From positions 4,997 to 68,996 of the forward strand of contig JAGYMQ010000047.1 in the NCBI GenBank assembly GCA_018400535.1: a stretch of 64,000 nt of DNA, written 5' to 3'. Each line of letters opens with the position of its first letter. The first letter of the stretch is position 1. Both the position numbers and the translations under genes were made by a program. Below the pieces are notes generated by a model. The model saw nothing but the letters and a program-made list of their open reading frames with translations, was not told where the DNA came from and searched no databases. This DNA is from Candidatus Cloacimonadota bacterium. GTDB lineage: Bacteria; Cloacimonadota; Cloacimonadia; Cloacimonadales; TCS61. Positions 9,585-18,910 of this stretch are shown one piece after another.

Positions 9585-10850
9585 ATGAAAAGAATAATTA
9601 TAACTTTAGTAATATTTTCCAGCATAATATTGTTAATATTCTCTTGCGTGAAAAGAGATTACGAAACAGTTGCTGAATCCAAAAACGTTCCTTTTCAATA
9701 TAAATTTGGTGAATTGAAAGAAGGAGAAAATCTGGCTGATGCCTTAATGTCAAGAGGATTGAATAGAGGATTGGTCTTTCAGCTCGTTAACGAACTGAAT
9801 GAACTTTTTGATTTACGCTATTCCCATCCCAAAGACAAATATGCGGTGAAATTGGACACTTTGGGAAATTTCATCGACTTTGGTTTCCAGCCAAATAAAA
9901 TCCACACATATTGGGTGCGCAAAGATTCTTTGGGAAATCTATTCAGTGTGGTCGATACACTTCAATTAACCAAAAAGATTTCAGTTTGCGAAGGTGAAAT
10001 TGAATCTTCACTGTGGAATGCAATGATCAAGATCGGTGAAAAACCATCCTTGATCGTGATGCTGACACAGATTTTCCAATGGGATATCGATTTTTTCATT
10101 GATCCGCAAAAAGGAGATCGCTTCAAATTGGTCTTCGAAGAATTTGTGAATGAAAATAATATTTTCGTGAAATATGGAAATATTCTGGTGGCACGTTATC
10201 AAAGCCCAGCTTTTGAAGAAACAGCCTATCGTTATACGAATCATCAAGGAGAAACCAAATATTATGATGAGACGGGCAAATGTTTCCAAAAGGCATTTTT
10301 GAAATCACCGTTAAATTACAAACGGATCTCTTCCTATTTTGGCTCACGATTCCATCCGATCAGAAAACGAAGGATCTTTCACAATGGTGTCGATTATGCT
10401 GCCAGCTACGGCACTCCAGTGGAAGCAGCAGCCGATGGCACGATAATTCATCGCGGTTGGAAAGGAGGTCATCCCACGATAAATGGTAGAAAAGGTGGCT
10501 ATGGCAAAACAGTGATCATCCGCCACGCAAATGGCTATAAAACGCTTTATGGCCATTTGAGCAGTTATGGAAAATATCGCGTGGGGGATCGAGTTGAACA
10601 GCATAACGTGATCGGTTATGTTGGTTCGACGGGTCTTTCCACGGGCAATCATCTTCATTACACGATCTATCATTATGGGAAAGCTATAAATCCCCTAAGT
10701 TTGAAAAATGTTGCTGGTTCACCAGTTCCAAAAAGGGAAATGTCAGAATACAAAGAGATAGTAAAAAATCTCAAGACAATATTGAACAAAAGAGATTCGG
10801 TAGCAGAAAATGATCTTTTACACGAATCGATATCAGTCAAAAAACGATAA
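9585..10850 (+). CDS. M23 family peptidoglycan DD-endopeptidase (MepM/Csd type)
   Basis: N-terminal signal/anchor; RFHPI, HNGVD (HxxxD), YGHL, STGNHLHY (HxH). Confidence 0.9.
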   Translation: MKRIIITLVIFSSIILLIFSCVKRDYETVAESKNVPFQYKFGELKEGENLADALMSRGLNRGLVFQLVNELNELFDLRYSHPKDKYAVKLDTLGNFIDFGFQPNKIHTYWVRKDSLGNLFSVVDTLQLTKKISVCEGEIESSLWNAMIKIGEKPSLIVMLTQIFQWDIDFFIDPQKGDRFKLVFEEFVNENNIFVKYGNILVARYQSPAFEETAYRYTNHQGETKYYDETGKCFQKAFLKSPLNYKRISSYFGSRFHPIRKRRIFHNGVDYAASYGTPVEAAADGTIIHRGWKGGHPTINGRKGGYGKTVIIRHANGYKTLYGHLSSYGKYRVGDRVEQHNVIGYVGSTGLSTGNHLHYTIYHYGKAINPLSLKNVAGSPVPKREMSEYKEIVKNLKTILNKRDSVAENDLLHESISVKKR

Positions 10851-10962
10851 ATGTTCATCCTAGAATATTTTCGTTGGAATTTCTGGTTGACAATAAAGGT
10901 TGAGATAGATGTTTTAGCAAAAATTTTTATAAAGCAAAATTATGAGCAAGAGGAGAAGTTAT

Positions 10963-13917
10963 ATGGAATTTAATCATCTGAAAACGGGTAAACTCCTGTT
11001 TTTAATGGTTTTCACTCTTTTAATCACCCTATCATTTGCTGCAGAAGAAGATTATTCTAATTATATCGTGGAAAATCTTCAGGTCAATGATATCCCAAAT
11101 GATGATGGCGGTGGATTGGTATTGAGCTGGAAACCTTTACCCAAAGAACGACGAATCATCGAATATCGTATCTATCGTGGTGTCTCTCCAGACACACTAT
11201 TTTTTCATGGCAAAGTCGATGTAAACGTGAAAACAGGCGTCTCTGGAGATGAATTGTTTTACTATGATTCAGGTTACAATATGTTTGTCAATTTGCAATC
11301 CCCAGGAAAACTGAAGAAGGAAGAACAACAAAGTCCTGAAAGTCCACTTTTTCTAAGTTATCCCCGCGATATTACAGTGAGCGGACCACGATTAAAGAAC
11401 TACCGGATTCTTGGCGTGATCCCAGAAAAAGATTTTTATTATAGAAATACAAAAGTGGAAATTGAAGAAGATGATGAAACAGAAGTATATGCTGGGTATA
11501 AGTTAAGGCATTTCAAATACCTATTAAAAAAATTAATCGCTGATAAAGAATATTTTTATACGGTTCTTGCTGTGACTGAATCCCGAAAATTTATGCCTCA
11601 TGCCAAGATCGTGAGCGGAATACCGCGTGATGATTCTCCAGAAGCCGCAAAAGAATTTTTCCCTGTTTTCGTGAAAGATAAAAAAATATTGAAATTTGAA
11701 TGGACTCGTGCAATCTTTACCACGGATCATAGCAATCACAATCTTTATCTGATCCACAAAGATGATCTTGAGACCTTTAACGATTTCGTGCAAGAACAGA
11801 TTAACCTGGAAGAATTGAGCATCACCGCAAAGGAAGATTCCCTACTAGAAATTCCTGAAGCTAAATATACAAATCCAGCAAAATTGATCTTCACCAGATA
11901 TTCTGGATATCCCTACACAGCAAATAATACAGTGAGCATTCCGATCAAAGATAATCTCATCGCTGATGAAGAAAATGAGATCGAAGTAGAAATTGATCCG
12001 ACTGAAATGACAGATTATCGCTTTGTTTTCTCCTTTGCTGATTGGAATGGTTTCGAAACTTTTTCTGAGGTGAAAAAAGCAAAAGAAATCTATTCTGCTG
12101 ATCTACCAAAATTGCCTGCGGAATGGAAAGTGACAGATCGGGCTGATGACAAAGGAGATTACAATACGATCTCTTGGGGAAAACCATCAGTATTATTGAC
12201 CAATACTTCCTATCTGAATGAAGAAAAGACCAAGCTATTGGTAAATTATGATGTTTATACGAACAAAAATTACAAAACGATCAAAAATGTTTATTTCCAA
12301 GTTTATGATATGCATGGAAATATGATCGATGAGATCAACGAATTTTATCAAGATAAAAAGATCAAAATAAAATTGCCCCATGAAATGAATGAAATCACCT
12401 TCAAGATGTGGATCAAGGCAAATGGATATTCTGGCAAAGATCAGCTATTCACACAGAAATTGATCTATGACGAAAATTCTAAATCTATGCAACCGGGAAA
12501 ACTATATCTGGACAACGAAGAAGTGAATCGTTTTTCCTATTCGATCTATAAACGAAATTATTCTAACGAAGAATGGCGATTATCCAAAAGCACAATGGGC
12601 TCTCAACGCGAGCTTTTTGATAATATAGCCTATGAATTGGATCATTTTAAAAGTGTAAGTAAATTTGATCTGGAAAAAAAATTATTCCTGGTCTCCCCCA
12701 CCTTTTCAATCCGTATGGATGATAAATTAGAAAATTCTATCGTTGCCAATCTTTATCCTTCGGAACAAAAGAAATCGATCGAAAATTATCAAAAAGAAAT
12801 CGAAAAATATGAAGCGCAGAAAGATACAGCCAGCGCAGAAGAAATAGCAAAATTTGACCGATATATTGAGCATTATCAAAATCAGCTGAAGATTGCTCAA
12901 GAAAATCCCATTTTAAAAACTGCTGCAGAAATCAATGGCAAGAAAGCAAGATTGAAATATTTAGAAAAAGCGCGTAAGATCGGTTCGCGTTCATTTGAGT
13001 ATAAAATCGTTAAATCCGACGGGAAAGGTATTTTTACTGAATCTGAAGTGTATCAAGCTGAAAAGATCGGTAATCTTCCTTTCACGAAGAAAACCAGAAA
13101 TTCTTTTGCCGGACTGGGTAAAAACCATTTTTATCCTTTACCAAATTGGTTTCAAAGCAATAAATTTGCAACTTTGATCGCAACTTTAATTTTCGGTTAC
13201 CTCGTTTTCACAATGATCCAAAAAGCAAAAAAGGGCAAGGACTTGTATATTCGTCCGATCGCAGGTATATCTGAGATCGATAACGCGATTGGGAGAGCAA
13301 CCGAGATGGGGCGTCCAATCCTTTATGTGCCAGGTTTATCTGGTATTGGTGATGTGGCAACGCTAGCCGGACTTTCGTTACTGGGTAGAGTTGCCAAAAA
13401 AGCAGCAGAATATGATACCCGCATTTTGGTTCCCGTGCGCGATTATATTGTATTGCCAATTGCACAGGAAATCGTGAAAGAAGCTCATTATGAAGCTGGA
13501 CGGCCAGACACCTATGATAATAATAGCGTTTTCTTTATCACTACCTCACAGTTTGCCTTTGTGGCGGGTGTGAATGGAATCATGATCAGAGAGAAAACTG
13601 CGACCAATTTCTATATGGGTATGTTCTGGGCAGAAGCTCTTTTGATGACAGAAACAGGTAGCATGACAGGAGCGATCCAGATCTCTGGAACTGACGCTGT
13701 CACACAAATTCCGTTTTTCATCACAACCTGCGATTATACCCTGATCGGAGAAGAACTTTATGCTGCGTCTGCTTATCTGGCAAAAGAGCCTTTACAACTT
13801 GGAACGTTGAAAGCTGTGGATTATCTTAAATTCATTATTATAATCTTCGTGATCGGGGGAACGATCTTATCCACATTCCACGCAACTTTTTTAATCAATT
13901 CATTTCCAGAAAAATAG
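10963..13917 (+). CDS. Exported protein with FN3-like modules and a C-terminal membrane-anchored DUF6754 domain
   Basis: Signal peptide; repeated D-x3-D-x-G-x4-(L/I)SW motif; C-terminal IRPIAGISEIDNAIGRATEMGRP ... QIPFFITTCDYTLIGEELYAASAYL flanked by TM helices (family recognised from memory). GGAG RBS favours ATG 10963 over 10942. Confidence 0.75.
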   Translation: MEFNHLKTGKLLFLMVFTLLITLSFAAEEDYSNYIVENLQVNDIPNDDGGGLVLSWKPLPKERRIIEYRIYRGVSPDTLFFHGKVDVNVKTGVSGDELFYYDSGYNMFVNLQSPGKLKKEEQQSPESPLFLSYPRDITVSGPRLKNYRILGVIPEKDFYYRNTKVEIEEDDETEVYAGYKLRHFKYLLKKLIADKEYFYTVLAVTESRKFMPHAKIVSGIPRDDSPEAAKEFFPVFVKDKKILKFEWTRAIFTTDHSNHNLYLIHKDDLETFNDFVQEQINLEELSITAKEDSLLEIPEAKYTNPAKLIFTRYSGYPYTANNTVSIPIKDNLIADEENEIEVEIDPTEMTDYRFVFSFADWNGFETFSEVKKAKEIYSADLPKLPAEWKVTDRADDKGDYNTISWGKPSVLLTNTSYLNEEKTKLLVNYDVYTNKNYKTIKNVYFQVYDMHGNMIDEINEFYQDKKIKIKLPHEMNEITFKMWIKANGYSGKDQLFTQKLIYDENSKSMQPGKLYLDNEEVNRFSYSIYKRNYSNEEWRLSKSTMGSQRELFDNIAYELDHFKSVSKFDLEKKLFLVSPTFSIRMDDKLENSIVANLYPSEQKKSIENYQKEIEKYEAQKDTASAEEIAKFDRYIEHYQNQLKIAQENPILKTAAEINGKKARLKYLEKARKIGSRSFEYKIVKSDGKGIFTESEVYQAEKIGNLPFTKKTRNSFAGLGKNHFYPLPNWFQSNKFATLIATLIFGYLVFTMIQKAKKGKDLYIRPIAGISEIDNAIGRATEMGRPILYVPGLSGIGDVATLAGLSLLGRVAKKAAEYDTRILVPVRDYIVLPIAQEIVKEAHYEAGRPDTYDNNSVFFITTSQFAFVAGVNGIMIREKTATNFYMGMFWAEALLMTETGSMTGAIQISGTDAVTQIPFFITTCDYTLIGEELYAASAYLAKEPLQLGTLKAVDYLKFIIIIFVIGGTILSTFHATFLINSFPEK

Positions 13918-13925
13918 GAGGTTAA

Positions 13926-14540
13926 ATGAAACGACAAATACCTTTGGCAATAGTAATTACGCTGGGATTCTTGTTTGTGATCCATACATTTGTCCCACAT
14001 AAAATATCCCAAGATTTTTATGATTGGTTTCAAACCTGGATAAAAGCTATTTCTCCCTTTGCTGTCTTTTTGGGAGTGATGAGTTTATTCAATGTGCATA
14101 GAACAAAAATATCTCGTCGTGTTCCTAACTGGCAATACAGCGTTATAACGCTTATTGGTCTATTCTTCACAGCCTTTGCAGGTTTTATGTGGGGAACGCA
14201 AGAGGGAACGCCCTATATGTGGTTATTCACAAATGTGCAAATGCCAATGAGTGCAACAATGTTCTCTCTTCTGGCATTTTATATTGCTTCTGCTGCTTAC
14301 AAAGCTTTTCGGGCACGTTCTGCTGAAGCAACTGTTCTTTTGGTTGCAGCGATCATCGTGATGCTCGGTCAAGTTTCTTTGGGGGCAGCAATTACCAAAT
14401 GGATACCAGAAACTTCCCGATGGATCTTGAACGTTCCCAATCTTGCTGCAAAACGTGCGATTATGATCGGGGTTGGATTGGGAATGACAGCGACTTCATT
14501 GAAGATTTTACTTGGCATTGAGAGAACCTATTTGGGTTGA
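13926..14540 (+). CDS. Uncharacterised multi-pass membrane protein of the DUF6754 operon
   Basis: GGAGG RBS; about 6 hydrophobic segments; ATMFSLLAFYIASAAYKAFRARS, AKRAIMIGVGLG..LLGIERTYLG. Confidence 0.8.
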   Translation: MKRQIPLAIVITLGFLFVIHTFVPHKISQDFYDWFQTWIKAISPFAVFLGVMSLFNVHRTKISRRVPNWQYSVITLIGLFFTAFAGFMWGTQEGTPYMWLFTNVQMPMSATMFSLLAFYIASAAYKAFRARSAEATVLLVAAIIVMLGQVSLGAAITKWIPETSRWILNVPNLAAKRAIMIGVGLGMTATSLKILLGIERTYLG

Positions 14541-14550
14541 GGTGATTGAT

Positions 14551-15510
14551 ATGAATAAATTAATACAAATATTCCAAAAAATGCAAAGTGTTGATCGACG
14601 CTATATTTTTATCGTGGTAGCACTTTCGATCATCATCCCACTTTTGATTCCCTTCAATTCCAAAACTTATGTGACAGAACCAACTGAAAGTATATATCGT
14701 AAAATCGATTCTTTTGCAAACGATAAATCGAAAGCTGTGTTGCTTTCTTTCACGCATAATGCGTCAACAATGCCAGAATTATTTCCGATGGAAGTAGCGG
14801 TATTACGCCATTGCTTTGAAAGAAACATCAAAGTTTTCACTATTTGCTGGTTGCCAGATGCTGCACCGCTTGTTGATTATGCGATAAATACCGCCAAAGA
14901 AGATTATAATGTTCAATCTGGTATTGATTATTGTAATTTTGGCTACAGGCCGTACTCTCTGCGTATCCCGATCATGTTAGGAATGGGAGAAAATATCGCG
15001 GAATCTGTCGAAACTGATTCTCAAGGGCGTAAATTGGATAATTTACCGATAATGGATAATATCAAAAATTATGATGATATGAATCTGGTTATTGACTTTG
15101 CTGGAAGCTCCAGTGCGATCCAATGGGTGATGTATGCCAGAGCGAAATTTGGAGCTAATGTCGCTGCTGGAATTACTGCTGTGATGGTTGCCGATAATTA
15201 TCCTTATCTGCAAACTGGTCAATTGATCGGAATGTTCCGCGGTTTGAAAGGAGCAGCAGAATATGAAAAATTGGTCGATGTCTTTGCTTCCTATGAAAGC
15301 CCAGATTACCCGAATGGAAGACCTTTTAGTAAAGAAATCATCAAAGAGACCTGGGTACCGATAACTGATGATAAAATTCCCTATAAGTATAAGAAAGCTC
15401 GTATCGGAATGAATGCACAATCTGTTGCTCACATCATGATAATTGTTTTCATTTTATTGGGAAATATTGGTTACTTCTTGACCAGACAGAAAAAGAAAAA
15501 AATTGTATAG
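14551..15510 (+). CDS. Uncharacterised membrane-anchored protein of the DUF6754 operon
   Basis: GAGGTG RBS before ATG 14551; N- and C-terminal TM helices; DRRYIF, ELFP, DYCNFGY, PYLQTGQLIGMFRGLKGAAEYEKL. Confidence 0.8.
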   Translation: MNKLIQIFQKMQSVDRRYIFIVVALSIIIPLLIPFNSKTYVTEPTESIYRKIDSFANDKSKAVLLSFTHNASTMPELFPMEVAVLRHCFERNIKVFTICWLPDAAPLVDYAINTAKEDYNVQSGIDYCNFGYRPYSLRIPIMLGMGENIAESVETDSQGRKLDNLPIMDNIKNYDDMNLVIDFAGSSSAIQWVMYARAKFGANVAAGITAVMVADNYPYLQTGQLIGMFRGLKGAAEYEKLVDVFASYESPDYPNGRPFSKEIIKETWVPITDDKIPYKYKKARIGMNAQSVAHIMIIVFILLGNIGYFLTRQKKKKIV

Positions 15511-15522
15511 GAGGAAAACATT

Positions 15523-16122
15523 ATGTATGAAACAATTAGTAATTTCGTAGCAGCCTTTTTAACCTTGAGTATTTTCTCATTTTTATACAAAGATAATCCT
15601 TTCTATAAATTTGCCGAGCATCTTCTGGTGGGAGTTTCTATGGGATACGCAATCCCTGTTCTCTATGAGAATGTATTTATTCCCTATGTTTACATACCAA
15701 TCTTTTTAAATCATGATTTCATCATTATAATACCATCTCTTTTAGGTGTTCTATATATTCTGCGATTTAGTAAAAACTTGAGTTGGTTAGCTCGCTACCC
15801 TATCACTTTTACTATGGGTATTGTCGGTATGGGAGTTCCCTTATCTTTACATACGTCGGTTTTGGTTCAAATGCGAAGTGCTATGCTTCCTTTGGATAAC
15901 ATAAACACAATATTGATCTTTATCGGAACTGTTACAATCCTGCTCTATTTCTATTTTTCTAAAGCTCATCGCGGTATTTACGGAAAAGTGACCAATATGG
16001 GCATTTGGTTCATGATGATCGGTTTCGGTGCATCGTTTGGCTACACAGTTATGGCACGTATTTCGCTTTTGATCGGGAGAATTCAGTTCCTGTTGGGAGA
16101 TTGGCTCGGATTAATAAAATAG
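15523..16122 (+). CDS. Uncharacterised multi-pass membrane protein of the DUF6754 operon
   Basis: GGAGG RBS; SFLYKDNPFYKFAEHLLVG, MMIGFGASFGYTVMARISLLIGRIQFLLGDWLG; about 6 TM segments. Confidence 0.8.
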   Translation: MYETISNFVAAFLTLSIFSFLYKDNPFYKFAEHLLVGVSMGYAIPVLYENVFIPYVYIPIFLNHDFIIIIPSLLGVLYILRFSKNLSWLARYPITFTMGIVGMGVPLSLHTSVLVQMRSAMLPLDNINTILIFIGTVTILLYFYFSKAHRGIYGKVTNMGIWFMMIGFGASFGYTVMARISLLIGRIQFLLGDWLGLIK

Positions 16123-16142
16123 TTGGAAAAATCTAATTAATC

Positions 16143-16172
16143 AAAAGCCCTGTTTTTCAGGGCTTTTTTTTT
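16143..16172. terminator. Rho-independent terminator, probably bidirectional, closing the DUF6754 operon
   Basis: AAAAGCCCTG-TTTTT-CAGGGCTTTTTTTTT between convergent genes. Confidence 0.85.
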
Positions 16173-16187
16173 GAAATGGAATAACGT

Positions 16188-17465
16188 TTAAATTGTTTTT
16201 TTTATAATCTGGAAAACTTTTTTTGCCAAATATTTATGGCTATATTTCCAATATTTTTCGGCAGTTGGCTTCCACTGCTTTTGTTCAAGCCACAATTTAT
16301 AATAAAACCCAATATAATCTTCGATCGCCGTGATCTCATCATAAAAAAACATTTCTCCAGAATTGGTTTCTTTTAATATTGCTGCAGCTTCGCCATCTTT
16401 CGGACCGATCCCCAAAATTGGATTTTGTGCACCTAAATATTCAAATAGTTTTCCCGTTAAAATCCCGCAATTATTTTTAACACGAATGATTATCAAAAGC
16501 AAAAGATTGGAATTGATCATTTCTGTCAAAACAGTTTCATGATCAATATGCCCTTTGATATTGAGCAAATTGAATCTGTCTTGTCTTTGCAGTTTTTTTT
16601 CGATCTCTTCTGAAACATTTCCCCAAAGATCAAACCTGATTTTATTCTTTCCTTTTTCATATAATTGATTCAGAGCCAGTAGAATCGATGTCGGATCGGT
16701 CTCTGGAGCTAATGTACCAAAATGAGCTAAGCTGAATACAGAGTTTCTTTTTTTCACATAGCCACTAAAATCATCTTCATCAAATCCGTTAGTTATCACA
16801 GTTATTTTCCCCAGATCTTTAAAATCATGTTTTATCTTTTTAGACGCAGCTAATATAATGTCAGAATTTTTCACGATCCTTTTTTCCAAAATTTCATCGC
16901 AATAAGAGCTAAAGACAGATCGTTTCACATTTTGTAAATACCCCATCTGCGTCCAAGGATCACGAAAATCAGCTATCCATTTTATGCTAAATTTTCTTGC
17001 CAGTTTGTCAGCGATCAAATGAGTTGAATGAGGTGGTCCAGTAGATATAATTAGATCATATTTGTTTATTATCAATTCTTTTTTAGCCTTTTTCCAGGCA
17101 AAAAGATTCCATACTATTCGCATATCAGGAATGACAAAATTGAGTCGGACAAAGATCATCAATTTCTCGAAAAAACTGTTTTGGGAAGTAGTTTTCAGGC
17201 TTCCATATGGAATTTTATTCGAATTGCCAGCTACCTTTTTCACCAAACGTGAAAGACTGGGCGTATATGTCCTGATTACTCGAATATTTTTGGGAACTTC
17301 TTTCAACAATTTTTCGTCACGCACTGGATAGTCACCATCTTTTGTAGTGATCACAGTCGCTTGCAGATCATATAATATCAAATATTTCAGCAGTTTTAGC
17401 CAACGTCGCACTGCAATTCCCCCCGCTGGCGGCCAATAATAAGTTATCAATAATATTTTTTTCAT
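16188..17465 (-). CDS. Glycosyltransferase family 4 (GT-B)
   Basis: MKKILLITYYWPPAGG, ISTGPPHSTH, DFRDPW, ITNGFD, TGKLFEYL. Confidence 0.88.
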   Translation of the reverse strand: MKKILLITYYWPPAGGIAVRRWLKLLKYLILYDLQATVITTKDGDYPVRDEKLLKEVPKNIRVIRTYTPSLSRLVKKVAGNSNKIPYGSLKTTSQNSFFEKLMIFVRLNFVIPDMRIVWNLFAWKKAKKELIINKYDLIISTGPPHSTHLIADKLARKFSIKWIADFRDPWTQMGYLQNVKRSVFSSYCDEILEKRIVKNSDIILAASKKIKHDFKDLGKITVITNGFDEDDFSGYVKKRNSVFSLAHFGTLAPETDPTSILLALNQLYEKGKNKIRFDLWGNVSEEIEKKLQRQDRFNLLNIKGHIDHETVLTEMINSNLLLLIIIRVKNNCGILTGKLFEYLGAQNPILGIGPKDGEAAAILKETNSGEMFFYDEITAIEDYIGFYYKLWLEQKQWKPTAEKYWKYSHKYLAKKVFQIIKKTI

Positions 17466-17537
17466 ATTTTCTTTCACTTTGACAAATAATCTGCCAAATT
17501 ACTTTTTGTTCCAAAAAATTTTTGTGGAGATTTTATT

Positions 17538-17789
17538 ATGCGTCCAATTGATCGTAAAGTGTATAAAGAAATAAACGATAAAGGTATCAGTTTTGATGAG
17601 ATCATGGAAATCGTTGATCGCATGAGCAGATCAGAATTAAAAAAAAGTTTTGAAGATGACTGTCTTTTCCAGACCACAAAATATTTTGCCAACAATGTTC
17701 TAAACTCTCTTCTGCGCAATCGGCTCATCCAAAAAAAAGGAAACCGCTATTTCAAACCGGACAAGAAAAAAGATCAATCTCGCCATTGA
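17538..17789 (+). CDS. Small basic hypothetical protein, possibly winged-helix
   Basis: TTGACA at 17479 and GGAG RBS upstream; 83 aa with LNSLLRNRLIQKKGNRYF near the C-terminus. Confidence 0.6.
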   Translation: MRPIDRKVYKEINDKGISFDEIMEIVDRMSRSELKKSFEDDCLFQTTKYFANNVLNSLLRNRLIQKKGNRYFKPDKKKDQSRH

Positions 17790-18352
17790 CGATCCAATTC
17801 GTAACAGCAGATAGCAGCCGCCATTCCCACATTCAAAGAATTCTTCCAACCACTCATTGGAATACGGAAGACACCATCAGCTCTTTGCAATATTTCTTGC
17901 GACAAGCCTAAAGCTTCATTACCCAGAATAAAAGCAATGTTTGGCTGGAAATATTCAGAGTGCAATATCTTTGCCTTCTCTGCTGTCTCTAAGGCAAAGA
18001 CTTTCATTTGCGAGCTTTGCAATTTTTTGACCAAAGCCAGAGCAGAAGGTTTATATTCCCATTCAATTTTTTTTTCAGTTCCCATCGAAGTTTTTTTCAC
18101 TTTGTCGTTTTCAGGAGTTGGTGTGTAACCGCAGAGATATATCTTTGAGATGGCGAAACATTCAGCGCTACGAAAGATTGAACCGACATTGAAAGCAGAG
18201 CGCAGATCATCCAAGATCAAAATAAGCGGCAGTTTTTTTGATGTTTTTTGATCTCCATCCTTTTTCTGGATAAGAAAATCTTTGTCTTCCAGATCCTTAC
18301 CGAATTCCCGCTCCAACGGAACAGCGACCAATAAGAACTGGCGCAGAGACAA
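17774..18352 (-). CDS. TrmH/SpoU family RNA 2'-O-methyltransferase (frame stays open to 18559; true start probably 18535)
   Basis: ILDDLRSAFNVGSIFRSAE, LGNEALGL, IPMSGWKNSLNVGMAAAI. Confidence 0.88.
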   Translation of the reverse strand: MSLRQFLLVAVPLEREFGKDLEDKDFLIQKKDGDQKTSKKLPLILILDDLRSAFNVGSIFRSAECFAISKIYLCGYTPTPENDKVKKTSMGTEKKIEWEYKPSALALVKKLQSSQMKVFALETAEKAKILHSEYFQPNIAFILGNEALGLSQEILQRADGVFRIPMSGWKNSLNVGMAAAICCYELDRQWRD

Positions 18353-18536
18353 TTTCGTGAGTTCTTCAGTTTTGTAGCCAAAATATTCCAGACATCTTTG
18401 GAACTCGAGAAGCAGCGCTGATCTCTTTTCCTGATCTTGCCAGTTAATCTCGATCTCGTGAATAAATTTTAATAATACTTTTTTTTGTTTTGCTGTTGTA
18501 AATGCTTGAAATTTTGCTTTTGAGAACCGTAAAATA

Positions 18537-18890
18537 TTAACCTTCTTTGTGCAATTTTTTCAGCTTTTTCTCTGGCTTATAGCGTCTTAATTCTTTTTTT
18601 AATCTTGCATTTTCTTCTTTCAATTTATGATTCTCTGCTCGCAATCTCTTGTTTTGCTTGATCAGTTCATCGATCTTCATTTGATGCGATTTCTGCAATT
18701 TTTTGATCTTGTTTTTCAGGATGATAAGGTCTTTCTTTAATGTCTCATTGCTCTCTTCTAAACGATAATATTCCGTTTTAAAATCGATCTTCTTAACAAC
18801 CTTTTGTTTCTTCTGAACTTTTTGTACTTCCTGCGCAAAGACCAGCAAAACAGTAATGATCAATGCAATACTTATAACTATTTTTTTCAT
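18537..18890 (-). CDS. Secreted coiled-coil hypothetical protein
   Basis: AGGAGAA RBS, signal peptide MKKIVISIALIITVLLVFA, Lys/Glu-rich heptad pattern. Confidence 0.7.
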   Translation of the reverse strand: MKKIVISIALIITVLLVFAQEVQKVQKKQKVVKKIDFKTEYYRLEESNETLKKDLIILKNKIKKLQKSHQMKIDELIKQNKRLRAENHKLKEENARLKKELRRYKPEKKLKKLHKEG

Positions 18891-18910
18891 TTCTCCTCCT
18901 ATTCAAATAA

